A stretch of 64,000 nucleotides of DNA from Candidatus Woesebacteria bacterium. GTDB taxonomy: Bacteria; Patescibacteriota; Microgenomatia; UBA8517. Location: the NCBI GenBank assembly GCA_013426185.1, contig CP058602.1, positions 74,231-138,230 of the forward strand. The letters are read 5' to 3'. Below the pieces are notes generated by a model. That model was not told the DNA's origin and did no database searches. It saw nothing but the letters and a program-made list of their open reading frames with translations. Shown one piece after another: positions 10,577 to 19,993 of this stretch. A program made the translations under genes and the position numbers. The stretch's first letter is position 1, and each line of letters opens with the position of its first letter.

Positions 10577-11068
10577 TTGTATTTTAGCATAGGGGAAAGC
10601 GAGAGTGTTCAAACAGAAGAGACGAAAAAAGGTGGTCTTGGTCCTGTCTTCTTTGTTTTAGTTGTTTTTGCGCTAATTGCTGTTGTTTTATGGTTTGGGA
10701 CAAGAGGCAAGAAATCTGTTTCTGAAAATAATCAAGTAGCGTCTGCTGGTAGTTTAGAAACCCAAAAAGAGCCTGTTTCTAGCTCTCAGGAGGTTAGAAC
10801 TATTGAGGTTGAGGCGGGCATGTATTACTTTAAACCAAGTGAGATTAAAGTTAAAAAGGGCGAGAAAGTTAGGATTGTCTTAAAGAATGTTGAGGGAATG
10901 CATGATTTTGTTATTGATGAGCTGAAGGTAAATTCCGGTATTATTCAGTCAGGCCAGACTACCGAGTTTGAGTTTGTTGCTGAGAAGACTGGAGAGTTTG
11001 AATATTACTGCTCAGTTTCAAACCACCGGGCAATGGGAATGAAAGGAACTTTAGTTGTTAGCGAATAG
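10577..11068 (+). CDS. membrane-anchored cupredoxin-domain (type-1 copper) protein
   Basis: N-term TM; copper ligand pattern YYCSVSNHRAMGM (C-x4-H-x4-M). Confidence 0.6.
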   Translation: MYFSIGESESVQTEETKKGGLGPVFFVLVVFALIAVVLWFGTRGKKSVSENNQVASAGSLETQKEPVSSSQEVRTIEVEAGMYYFKPSEIKVKKGEKVRIVLKNVEGMHDFVIDELKVNSGIIQSGQTTEFEFVAEKTGEFEYYCSVSNHRAMGMKGTLVVSE

Positions 11069-11245
11069 GAATTTGTGTTGGGATTTGAAGCTTTTTTACG
11101 AGACTGATATTGAGTGCAGCTAGGATTGGATAATAACACATTGCCGGTGGTAAAACCTAATTAGCAGTGGTGTTGCGGCGAGATCTTTTATCTTTTTACT
11201 CTTCAAGCATTAAGCCACGGGCTTTAGTCTGTGGAGTATCATTTT

Positions 11246-11275
11246 AACTACAAATACATCGATGTATTTGTAGTT
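11246..11275. promoter_or_regulatory. 30-bp perfect palindrome aactacaaatacatc/gatgtatttgtagtt
   Basis: seen in sequence; downstream of cupredoxin gene, followed by AT-rich tract. Confidence 0.45.
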
Positions 11276-11311
11276 ATATTAATTTTGATGAATAGCTGGC
11301 AAGATTAGATT

Positions 11312-11392
11312 ATGAGAAAAATTGAAAAGAAAGTTTGGCCTGAATACTTTCAGGCGATAATGGGTGAGTTTAAGCGGTCTGCCAAATCTTAA
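11312..11392 (+). pseudogene. possible remnant of ASCH/PUA-like domain gene (26-aa ORF MRKIEKKVWPEYFQAIMGEFKRSAKS)
   Basis: N-terminal motif of ASCH-domain proteins followed by premature stop; weak. Confidence 0.25.
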
Positions 11393-11496
11393 TCTTCTTC
11401 CGGGATCGGCTAAGGCGAAGGTTGTTAAGTTTTTGGGAGAAAGCTCTCACTAGGTTTTTGTAGCAGATTCTTGGTGGAGGGATTATGATATAAACA

Positions 11497-12099
11497 ATGA
11501 ATAAAAGAATGGTAAGCTTCATTCACTTTCATAATTCTACCTCTCAAACTTTGGATGTGATTTTGCATGGCGGATCGGTTGGGATTGACTCCCCATTTAT
11601 GCAAAAAGTCTTTCAAGTATCAAAAGATAAAGGAAATAGCGTTATTATGTTTAATTTTCCTTACTTTGAGAGAGGAGAGGACCATTCCTCAGGTCCAAAA
11701 TTGAAAGAAGAACTTTCGACTCTTAAGAGAATGCTAAGGATTGCAGGAGCTAGTGAATTTACTCGCATTCGCCTGATTGGTAAATCGTTAGGTGGAATTG
11801 TTGCCAGCTTTTATCTTGATAGTTTGGACTTTGAGGAAAAGAAGCGCTACGAGGTGATTATCTTGGGTTATGTAACAGGGGATGTTAAGTTAGAAGGTTT
11901 CGGAGGGAAAATTACCATTATTCAAGGAGAAAAAGATAAATTTGGGGATATTGATGTGGTGAAAAAAGATTTGCAGGACGCTGTCTCAAGAAACATAGCT
12001 TACTATCAGATTCAAAATGCCGACCACAGTTTTCGGGATTCAGTAACCAAAGAACCGATTTATGAAGAAGAAGTGATTAGGATTTTGGGGATGGTTTAA
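11497..12099 (+). CDS. alpha/beta hydrolase family protein
   Basis: nucleophile elbow GKSLGG, 200 aa. Confidence 0.6.
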   Translation: MNKRMVSFIHFHNSTSQTLDVILHGGSVGIDSPFMQKVFQVSKDKGNSVIMFNFPYFERGEDHSSGPKLKEELSTLKRMLRIAGASEFTRIRLIGKSLGGIVASFYLDSLDFEEKKRYEVIILGYVTGDVKLEGFGGKITIIQGEKDKFGDIDVVKKDLQDAVSRNIAYYQIQNADHSFRDSVTKEPIYEEEVIRILGMV

Positions 12100-12182
12100 A
12101 TCTGACATCATAAGGCGGGAGGAGCTTGAAGTCCGGGCCTATATCTTCTGAATTATTTCCAATTTTAGGTTAAAATACTTGT

Positions 12183-12223
12183 ATGAGTTTATCAGTCGGT
12201 ATAGTAGGTCTTCCCAATGTTGG
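12183..12223 (+). repeat. diverged duplicate (35/41 nt) of the first 41 nt of ychF, ~140 bp upstream of the real start
   Basis: atgagtttatcagtcggtatagtaggtcttcccaatgttgg vs atgagtcttagtgtaggtatagtaggccttcccaatgttgg at 12325. Confidence 0.6.
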
Positions 12224-12324
12224 CCCTAGCACAACTCTTACTTGCTCACAAATACTACGTGTTTGTGTCGCAAGGGCGAGTATGCGGGGCTTGTCTTGTT
12301 TTATTATAGAAGGAGGTTTAATAA

Positions 12325-13446
12325 ATGAGTCTTAGTGTAGGTATAGTAGGCCTTCCCAATGTTGGTAAATCTACGCTTTTTAATGCGCTTTTGAAGCGTC
12401 AGCAGGCGTATGTTGCTAATTTTCCTTTTGCCACGATTGAACCCAATGTTGGTATTGTTCCTGTGCCTGATAATCGTTTGCAAAAACTGGCTGAGGTGGT
12501 CAAAAATGAGGAAAAGATGAATTCTTTGCCTCCCATTGTTCCTGCAACAGTTGAATTTGTAGATATAGCAGGATTAATTGCCGGTGCTTCAAAGGGGGAA
12601 GGATTGGGAAATAAGTTTTTAAGTCATATTAGGGAGACTTCAGCAATTTGCCATGTTTTGCGCGTCTTTTCTGATCCTATTGTAATTAAAGAAGGCTCAA
12701 GTAACCCCGAGTCCGATTTTGAAGTAGTTGAAACAGAGCTTAAACTAGCCGATCTTCAGACACTTGAAAAACAGCCGACTTTTGCTGATGTCTCAAGAAG
12801 TAAAAAAGACCCCAATGATCCGGAGTTAGCTCGAGCAAAAGTTACTGACAAATTAAGAGAAGCCTTGGAAAAAGGCGTTCCCGCCCGCGAGGTTAACCTA
12901 AATGAGGAAGAAGAAAAAATTGCCAAAACTTTGAATCTTTTAACCTCAAAACCAATACTAGTTGTTTTAAATGTTGATGAGGATGATTTAAGAAGAAGCG
13001 ATGAAGTGGCTTCTTATTTTGCCGAGAGATTAAAAGTTAATCCTGATTGTGTAGTTGCTATTTGCGCCAAAACTGAAAGCGAGCTTTCAAGCCTCGATGA
13101 AAATGACCAAAAAGCTTACCTTGCCGATCTTGGTATTAGCGAATCTGGTCTTGAGAGACTTATCAGAAAGGCTTTTTCTACTTTGGGGTTGATTAATTTC
13201 TTGACAGCTGGTGAAAAAGAGGTTCGTGCTTGGACGATTAAAAAAGGAGCAAATGCTCAAGAAGCGTCAGGCGAGATACATTCAGATTTTGCCAAAAACT
13301 TTATTCGCGCTGAGGTTGTTAGTTTTGACGATTTTGTCTTGCTTGGCGGTTGGAAAGCATCGCGCCAAGCGGGTAAAGTGAGAAGCGAAGGCAGAGATTA
13401 TATCGTATCTGACGGGGATGTAATTGAATTTTTGATAGGGAAATAG
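12325..13446 (+). CDS. ychF: Ribosome-binding ATPase YchF
   Basis: GLPNVGKST P-loop, TGS C-term domain, strong SD aggagg upstream. Confidence 0.9.
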   Translation: MSLSVGIVGLPNVGKSTLFNALLKRQQAYVANFPFATIEPNVGIVPVPDNRLQKLAEVVKNEEKMNSLPPIVPATVEFVDIAGLIAGASKGEGLGNKFLSHIRETSAICHVLRVFSDPIVIKEGSSNPESDFEVVETELKLADLQTLEKQPTFADVSRSKKDPNDPELARAKVTDKLREALEKGVPAREVNLNEEEEKIAKTLNLLTSKPILVVLNVDEDDLRRSDEVASYFAERLKVNPDCVVAICAKTESELSSLDENDQKAYLADLGISESGLERLIRKAFSTLGLINFLTAGEKEVRAWTIKKGANAQEASGEIHSDFAKNFIRAEVVSFDDFVLLGGWKASRQAGKVRSEGRDYIVSDGDVIEFLIGK

Positions 13447-13764
13447 TGCGAAACGGTCGAAGCTAGCCGTAAGATTGTATCTAGTATCTAGTATCTTGTA
13501 TTATGTATTATACAGGGAATAAAAGTAGAAAGTAGAATGTAGTAAGTAGAAAGCAACGGATTTCAGATATCAGCTGTCGGATATCAGATATCGGACGTAG
13601 GCTTTCAGCTATCAGAGCTAGTCGGAGCTGATCAGAAACTTGTATCTAGTATCTTGTATTATGTATTATGCATGAAAATGCATTATCCCCATAATACATA
13701 ATTCATAATACACAATACTAAATTCTTTTCCCTTTGTTCTATGTTCTAATGTATAATTACCCTT
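13447..13764. repeat. mosaic intergenic repeat copy R2 (plus orientation; heptamer module, octamer array, 56-nt palindrome, ccctttgttct module)
   Basis: module sharing with other copies. Confidence 0.9.
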
Positions 13765-14577
13765 ATGACTTATTTTTTTGACGGAAAGGCTTTTGCAGAA
13801 AACAAAAAAGCTAAGCTTGAACAAAGAGTTGAAAAGCTGCGAGGTAAAAAAGTCATTCCTACTCTTGCTTCAATCTTGGTTGGTCCTAATAAAAGCAGTC
13901 TGTTTTATACTAATCTTAAGAAAAAATTTGCGGAGAGCGTAGGTTGTAAATTAATAGTTTTTGAATTTGATTCAAGAGTTACTAAAGAAAGTATTCTTCA
14001 AAAGATTGAAGAGCTAAATAAAGATAAAAATATTGATGGAGTGATGATTCAACTACCACTTCCACCAAATTTTTCGGCTTTGGATAGGGAAGAGGTAATT
14101 AATAGCATTGTAAGAGAAAAAGATGTGGATGGCTTAAGAGAGGATTCGATCTACTTAACGCCTGTAGTTAAAGCTGTTTTGCAAGTTTTAAAGGAAGCAT
14201 CTTCTTATATTGTGCGACCACCTTTAAAGGTGATAGTGGTAGGATCTGAGGGTTTTGAGGGGAGAAAAATATCTAAAGTTCTGTCTGAAATGGGATATGA
14301 AGTCAAAGGGGTTGACAAAAAAAATTTTTTAGAATCGAAAGATTTACTAAAAGAAGCTGACATAGTTGTTTCGGTGACTGGTTGCAAAGATATAGTTAAA
14401 GCGTCTGATATTGCTGATGGCGCGATCTTGGTTGATGTAGGCTATCCCTTGGGTGATATTGAAAAAGAAGCTTATAGTAAAGCTTCTTTTGTTTCTCCTG
14501 TCCCTGGCGGTGTTGGCCCTCTTACTATATACTTCTTGATGGAAAATCTTGTTGAATCTGCGTTTTCAAGAGTTTAA
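13765..14577 (+). CDS. folD: Bifunctional methylenetetrahydrofolate dehydrogenase/cyclohydrolase
   Basis: 270 aa, FolD-like N-term and Rossmann core. Confidence 0.7.
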   Translation: MTYFFDGKAFAENKKAKLEQRVEKLRGKKVIPTLASILVGPNKSSLFYTNLKKKFAESVGCKLIVFEFDSRVTKESILQKIEELNKDKNIDGVMIQLPLPPNFSALDREEVINSIVREKDVDGLREDSIYLTPVVKAVLQVLKEASSYIVRPPLKVIVVGSEGFEGRKISKVLSEMGYEVKGVDKKNFLESKDLLKEADIVVSVTGCKDIVKASDIADGAILVDVGYPLGDIEKEAYSKASFVSPVPGGVGPLTIYFLMENLVESAFSRV

Positions 14578-14624
14578 TATATCTCTTGATAAGTTGACTT
14601 TAAATTGATAAGATTGCGGAAGTT

Positions 14625-15332
14625 ATGACTAAAATAAAAATTTCAGTTGAAAAACTTTTTGAATTAGGCGCTCATTTTGGTCATCAAGTGAGCCGTTCTA
14701 ATCCTAAGGCTAAGGATTTTGTTTATACACAAGAAGGTGGTGTTTTAATTTTTGATTTGCCGAAGACAAAAGAGCTTCTTTCTGAGGCGTTTCTTTTTTT
14801 GGCAAAGATTGCAAAAGAGAAGAAGGGTATTATTTTTCTTGGCACAAAAAGACAAATAAAGAATAAGATTAAAGAGGTGGCTCAATTTTCTGGTAGTTAT
14901 TTTGTTAATGAAAGATGGCTTGGGGGTACTTTGACCAACTTTTCTCAAATCAAGAAATCACTTGGTAAACTTCAAGATTTAAAAGATAAAAGGGCAAAAG
15001 GTGAGTTGGGCGAGTATACTAAAAAGGAACGTTTACTGATTGATAGAGAAATAGATCGGTTGGAAAATCTTTTTGGTGGGCTTTCAGGCATAGAGGATTT
15101 GCCGGCGGTGTTGGTTGTTGTTGATATAAGAAGAGAAAAAACAGCGGTGAGTGAAGCTAAAAAGACTGGAGTTCCAGTAGTTGCTATAGTTGATTCAAAT
15201 TCTGACCCAAATTTAGTTGACTATCCTATTACTATGAATGATGATTCAAAAGAGGCTGTGAGCTATGTCTTGGATTTGATGGCAGAAGTGATAAAAGCAA
15301 CAAGAGATGGTAAAAAAGTTGAAATAGAATAA
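14625..15332 (+). CDS. rpsB: 30S ribosomal protein S2
   Basis: LGAHFGHQ motif, rpsB-tsf synteny. Confidence 0.9.
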   Translation: MTKIKISVEKLFELGAHFGHQVSRSNPKAKDFVYTQEGGVLIFDLPKTKELLSEAFLFLAKIAKEKKGIIFLGTKRQIKNKIKEVAQFSGSYFVNERWLGGTLTNFSQIKKSLGKLQDLKDKRAKGELGEYTKKERLLIDREIDRLENLFGGLSGIEDLPAVLVVVDIRREKTAVSEAKKTGVPVVAIVDSNSDPNLVDYPITMNDDSKEAVSYVLDLMAEVIKATRDGKKVEIE

Positions 15333-15333
15333 G

Positions 15334-15780
15334 ATGGGTAAAATTGATATCAATTTGATTAAAAAATTAAGGGAGGAAACTGGAGTTCCGATAGTTCGCA
15401 TTCGCGATATTTTGGAGGAAGTTGGTGGGGATGAAAAGAAGGCGCTTGAAATTCTAAAAAAGGAAGCTCTGGAAAAAGTTGAAAAAAGAGGTGGAAGGGA
15501 GACTCATCAGGGCAAAATTTTTGCTTATGTTCATCACACAGGGAAAGTGGCGTCTTTAGTTGAGCTTCTCTGCGAAACTGATTTTGTTGCAAGAAATGAA
15601 CTTTTTGAGAGCTTAGGCCGTAATCTTGCTATGCAAGTTGCCTCAATGGGTGATGAAAATCTTGAGACACAGGCTTTTATCAAGGATCCTTCAAAGACAG
15701 TTTCAGATTTAATTAAAGAAGTTATTGCCAAAACAGGAGAGAACATAAAATTGGGAAAAGTGGTAAGGCTTGAGATTTAA
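15334..15780 (+). CDS. tsf: Elongation factor Ts (short form)
   Basis: N-term UBA-like IKKLREETGVPI, 148 aa. Confidence 0.85.
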   Translation: MGKIDINLIKKLREETGVPIVRIRDILEEVGGDEKKALEILKKEALEKVEKRGGRETHQGKIFAYVHHTGKVASLVELLCETDFVARNELFESLGRNLAMQVASMGDENLETQAFIKDPSKTVSDLIKEVIAKTGENIKLGKVVRLEI

Positions 15781-15881
15781 AATATTTCTAGCTTCAGTTT
15801 TCTTCTGGCTAACTAGGGTGTCTTATTAAGGCAGTTGGGTTTGACACTTTTACCTTTTTCTGCTTTAATTACTTCTAGCTT

Positions 15882-16436
15882 ATGGACGAGTCTTCTTTAA
15901 GAACCAAGATGCAGCAGGTTTTTGATTTGGTTGTTTCTGATATTGCTTCAATAAGAATTGGTAGAGCCACGCCTTCTTTGGTTGAAGATTTATCAGTTTT
16001 GGTTTATGGCGGTCAGCAGAAATTAAAGATTCAGGAGTTGGCGACTATTTCGGTTCTTGATCCTCAGACTTTGGAGATTGAGCCTTGGGATAAATCAATA
16101 ATTGGTGAGATAAGGCAAGGAATACTTTCTAGTGGGATTGGCCTTAATCCTGTTATAACCGGTGAAAAAATTAGAATTAATATTCCTCCTTTGACGACCG
16201 AGGATAGAGAAAAGTATTTAAAACTTCTTTCAGCTAAGCTTGAGTCAGGGCGGGTGATGATACGCCAAATCAGGGCAGGTTTTTTGAAAGAGATACAAAA
16301 ATCTTTTGAGGAAAAGGAGATTGGTGAGGATGAGAAGTTCAGAGAGGAAAAAAGATTGCAGGAAATAACTGATGAGTTTGTTGCCAAAATTAACGAGCAG
16401 GGTGAAAGAAAGAAGGAGGAGCTGACTCAGCTTTAG
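15882..16436 (+). CDS. frr: Ribosome recycling factor
   Basis: 184 aa, RRF family similarity. Confidence 0.85.
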   Translation: MDESSLRTKMQQVFDLVVSDIASIRIGRATPSLVEDLSVLVYGGQQKLKIQELATISVLDPQTLEIEPWDKSIIGEIRQGILSSGIGLNPVITGEKIRINIPPLTTEDREKYLKLLSAKLESGRVMIRQIRAGFLKEIQKSFEEKEIGEDEKFREEKRLQEITDEFVAKINEQGERKKEELTQL

Positions 16437-16440
16437 AGGA

Positions 16441-17550
16441 ATGATTACTTCAATTTTAGTTTTTATCTTAGTTCTCTCAATTTTAATTTTGGTCCATGAG
16501 TTTGGCCATTTTATGGCTGCTCGTCGTATGGGTATTTGGGTTCGGGAGTTTGGTATTGGTCTTCCCCCGAGAATTTTTGGAAAGAAGATTGGTGAGACCA
16601 TTTATTCTGTCAACTGGTTTCCTTTTGGCGGATTTGTCAGAATGCATGGAGAAGATTCCTCCGAAAAAATAAGACCCAAAGAAGCGTTTGTTAATAAGAG
16701 TAAAGAAGCGCGTCTTTTTGTTGTCACGGCTGGGGTTTTGATGAATCTTCTTCTTGGTATTTTTGTATTTTCAATTACTTACTTTTTTACTGGTATTCCA
16801 AGGCAAACTGATAGGGTTAAGGTGGTTGAAGTTTTGCCTTCTTCTCCTGCTTCTGAAATTGGGCTTAAAAGTGGAGATGTAATTAAAAAGGTAGATGATA
16901 CTAAAATTACGACTTCAGATGCATTTGTCAATTATGTTGATAGCAAAAAAGGAGAAAAGGTAAACTTGGTGATTGAGAAAGAGGAGAATGGGAATGTCCG
17001 AGAGCTTGAGCTGAAAGTTGTTCCTCGCAAAACGCCTCCTTCGGGTGAAGGCCCCTTGGGGGTGATTATATCAACGACAGAGATTTATTATCCTCCTTAT
17101 TGGCAGCGTCCTTTTTATGGAGCATATTATGGAGTAAAAGAGGCTGTTTTTTGGGGTAAAAACATTGTTTCAAGTTTATTTATGATGATTGTTGGGCTTT
17201 TTAGGGGTGAAGTGCCGAAAGATATTTCAGGCCCTGTTGGAATTTTTGCCATCACTTCAGAAGCTGCCAAGCTAGGTTTTTTCTCACTTCTTAATTTTAT
17301 GGGGATTTTGTCAATCAACTTGGCTATTTTGAATATTTTTCCTTTTCCTGCACTTGACGGAGGCAGACTTCTTTTTATTGGTTTAGAGTATATTTTAGGC
17401 AAAAAGGTGCCTGAAAAATTTGAAGGAGCAGTTCATATGGCGGGAATGGTTTTTTTGATTATTTTACTTTTATTTATTACTGCTTATGATATTAAGCGTT
17501 TGATTTTAGCTGGAGGAATTTCTGGGTTTTTGAATTCTTTTTCAAAATAA
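16441..17550 (+). CDS. rseP: RIP metalloprotease RseP (site-2 protease)
   Basis: HEFGHF zinc motif, PDZ, C-term TM. Confidence 0.85.
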   Translation: MITSILVFILVLSILILVHEFGHFMAARRMGIWVREFGIGLPPRIFGKKIGETIYSVNWFPFGGFVRMHGEDSSEKIRPKEAFVNKSKEARLFVVTAGVLMNLLLGIFVFSITYFFTGIPRQTDRVKVVEVLPSSPASEIGLKSGDVIKKVDDTKITTSDAFVNYVDSKKGEKVNLVIEKEENGNVRELELKVVPRKTPPSGEGPLGVIISTTEIYYPPYWQRPFYGAYYGVKEAVFWGKNIVSSLFMMIVGLFRGEVPKDISGPVGIFAITSEAAKLGFFSLLNFMGILSINLAILNIFPFPALDGGRLLFIGLEYILGKKVPEKFEGAVHMAGMVFLIILLLFITAYDIKRLILAGGISGFLNSFSK

Positions 17551-17551
17551 T

Positions 17552-19015
17552 ATGGATTACGAAAAGAAGGAGCTAAAGAAGAAGAGCCAGAACTTATCTG
17601 ATTGGTATACGGATGTTGTCTTAAAAGCTGAACTTGCTGATTATGGTCCTGTGAGAGGGACGATGGTAATCAGACCTTATGGTTATGCCATTTGGGAGAA
17701 TGTTCAGGCTGCTTTTAATCAGATGATGAAAAATAGAAAAGAAGGAGCTATTAGAAATGCTTATTTTCCTCTTTTTATTCCTTATTCTTACCTTAAGCGT
17801 GAGAAGGAACATGTAGAAGGCTTTTCTCCCGAGCTTGCTTTGGTGACTATTGGAGGTGGCGAAGAGTTGAAAGAACCGCTTGTTGTTAGACCGACTTCGG
17901 AGACTATTATGTATGAAATGTATGCCAAGTGGATTAAAAGTTGGCGAGATTTGCCGGTTCTAATTAATCAGTGGAACAATGTGGTCAGGTGGGAAAAAAG
18001 AACGTTTTTATTTCTTAGGACATTGGAATTTTTATGGCAGGAAGGTCATACTGCTCATGCGACTGAAGATGAAGCAATTCAGATTGCTCTTGAGGTCTTG
18101 GAATGGTATCGCCAGATTTATGAGGATTATTTAGCTTTACCTGTTTTGGTGGGAATCAAGAGCGATTCTGAGAAATTTGCGGGAGCAAAATCAACTTGGG
18201 CGGTTGAGGCTTTGATGCCTGATGGCAAAGCTTTGCAAGGTGCTACTTCGCACAATTTGGGTCAAAATTTTGCTAAGGCTTTTAATATTAATTTTCAAGA
18301 TAAGGACGGCGATATAAAGTATGTTTGGCAAACTTCGTGGGGTCTGTCAACCCGAAGCCTTGGAGGCATGTTTTTGTCTCACGGAGATGATCATGGTTTG
18401 ATAATCCCTCCTAAAGTTGCTCCTTTTAAAGTGGCGATTCTTCCTATTTTTGGTAGTAGGGACGAGGACATATTGGAGTATGCAAAAAGAGTAGCAAATG
18501 AGATTAGTAACATTGAAAAGAGCAATTACCCGGGTGAGGTGGTTATTTTTGATAATAAAGAAATTTCTTTTGGGAGACGAGTAAATGATTCTGAAATTAA
18601 AGGTATTCCTCTTAAAATTGAGATAGGACCTAAAGAATTGGAAGGAGAGACTTTGACTCTGTCCAATCGAGTTGAGCCTTCTAGTAAAAAAGAAGTTCCA
18701 TTGGCCAAAATAGCTTCCTTAGTTGAAGATGAGCTAGGCAATGTGCAGAATTTGATCTTCGCACGCGCGAAGAAGTTTCTTGAAGAAAATATCACTGAAG
18801 TTGATTCTTATGATGAATTTAAAAAGATAATGAAGACAAGAAGAGGATTCATAAAGGCTTACTGGTGCGAAAATAGTGCTTGCGAGGCTAAAATTAAAGA
18901 GGAGACTAAGGCTACCACTCGTGTTAGATTGTTGTCGGAAAAAGAAGGATCTGGCAAGTGCATTCTTTGTGGAAATAAAGCAAGATTCAAGTGGATCTTT
19001 GCTCAGTCTTATTAG
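17552..19015 (+). CDS. proS: Proline--tRNA ligase (archaeal/eukaryote-like type)
   Basis: class II aaRS motifs, C-terminal Cys cluster, 487 aa. Confidence 0.85.
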   Translation: MDYEKKELKKKSQNLSDWYTDVVLKAELADYGPVRGTMVIRPYGYAIWENVQAAFNQMMKNRKEGAIRNAYFPLFIPYSYLKREKEHVEGFSPELALVTIGGGEELKEPLVVRPTSETIMYEMYAKWIKSWRDLPVLINQWNNVVRWEKRTFLFLRTLEFLWQEGHTAHATEDEAIQIALEVLEWYRQIYEDYLALPVLVGIKSDSEKFAGAKSTWAVEALMPDGKALQGATSHNLGQNFAKAFNINFQDKDGDIKYVWQTSWGLSTRSLGGMFLSHGDDHGLIIPPKVAPFKVAILPIFGSRDEDILEYAKRVANEISNIEKSNYPGEVVIFDNKEISFGRRVNDSEIKGIPLKIEIGPKELEGETLTLSNRVEPSSKKEVPLAKIASLVEDELGNVQNLIFARAKKFLEENITEVDSYDEFKKIMKTRRGFIKAYWCENSACEAKIKEETKATTRVRLLSEKEGSGKCILCGNKARFKWIFAQSY

Positions 19016-19024
19016 TCTATTTTT

Positions 19025-19993
19025 ATGGCGAGGAAAAAAGTGGTTGTTCTTGGTGGAGGTACGGGGACTTATCAAGTGCTTCAGGGTTTGAAAAAATACG
19101 ATCTTGATATCTCAGCAATTATTTCGATGTGTGATTCTGGTGGTTCCACGGGTCGCTTGAGAAGGGAGCTTGGAATTTTGCCACCTGGAGATGTTAGGCG
19201 CGCAATTTTGGCTCTTTCTGATTTACCTTTTGCCCAGAAAACTTTGGAAGAACTTTTCAATTTTCGTTTTAAAGAGGGTGAAAGTCTCAAGGGTCATTCG
19301 GTTGGGAATATTCTTTTGGCTGCTTTAACTCAAATAACAGGTAGCATGGATAAGGCAATAGAAGAAGCTGCAAGAATTCTTAATGTTTCAGGGTCTGTTT
19401 TCCCTGTAACTTTGGATAAAACCAATTTGGTGGCAATACTTTCTGATGGTACACGGATTCATGGTGAGGCGAACATTGATAAAAGAGACGTGAAGCTAGA
19501 CTTGTCTATCAAGAGGATTTATCTGTCACCTAGGGCAAGTGTTTATCATAAGGCGGCAAGGGAGATAGAAAGTGCTGATTTAATTGTTGCCGCGCCTGGC
19601 GATCTTTACACAAGTCTGCTACCTGTTTTCTTGGTTAAGGGAGTTGTAGAAGCAATCAATACGTCAAAAGCTGATTTGGCTTATGTAATTAATCTGATGA
19701 CCAAAAGAGAGGAGACTGATGGCTTTAAGGCTTCTGATTTTGTTTCCACAGTTAAGAATTATCTTGGCCCGGCTAGCTCTAGATTGAAATATGTTTTTGT
19801 TAATAAAAAGATAAATGGAAGTAGAGAGCAAGTTTTGAGTTGGTATAAGAGATTTGGCAGCCAGCCGGTGATAAATGATTTAAAAGGGAAAAATAGTTTT
19901 TTGGTAATTGAGAAGGATTTTGTTAGTAAGACGACCTTTTTCCGTCACGATCCTGATAAAATCGCCAAAGCAATATATCAGGTCTTAGAATAA
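19025..19993 (+). CDS. YvcK/CofD-family gluconeogenesis factor-like protein
   Basis: N-term VVVLGGGTGTYQVL, UPF0052. Confidence 0.75.
   Translation: MARKKVVVLGGGTGTYQVLQGLKKYDLDISAIISMCDSGGSTGRLRRELGILPPGDVRRAILALSDLPFAQKTLEELFNFRFKEGESLKGHSVGNILLAALTQITGSMDKAIEEAARILNVSGSVFPVTLDKTNLVAILSDGTRIHGEANIDKRDVKLDLSIKRIYLSPRASVYHKAAREIESADLIVAAPGDLYTSLLPVFLVKGVVEAINTSKADLAYVINLMTKREETDGFKASDFVSTVKNYLGPASSRLKYVFVNKKINGSREQVLSWYKRFGSQPVINDLKGKNSFLVIEKDFVSKTTFFRHDPDKIAKAIYQVLE

Noticed and set aside
15781-15881. Missing pyrH between tsf and frr as a deletion scar
   Set aside because: The 100-bp spacer shows no gene fragment; absence of pyrH is plausible for a reduced genome and cannot be judged from one window.
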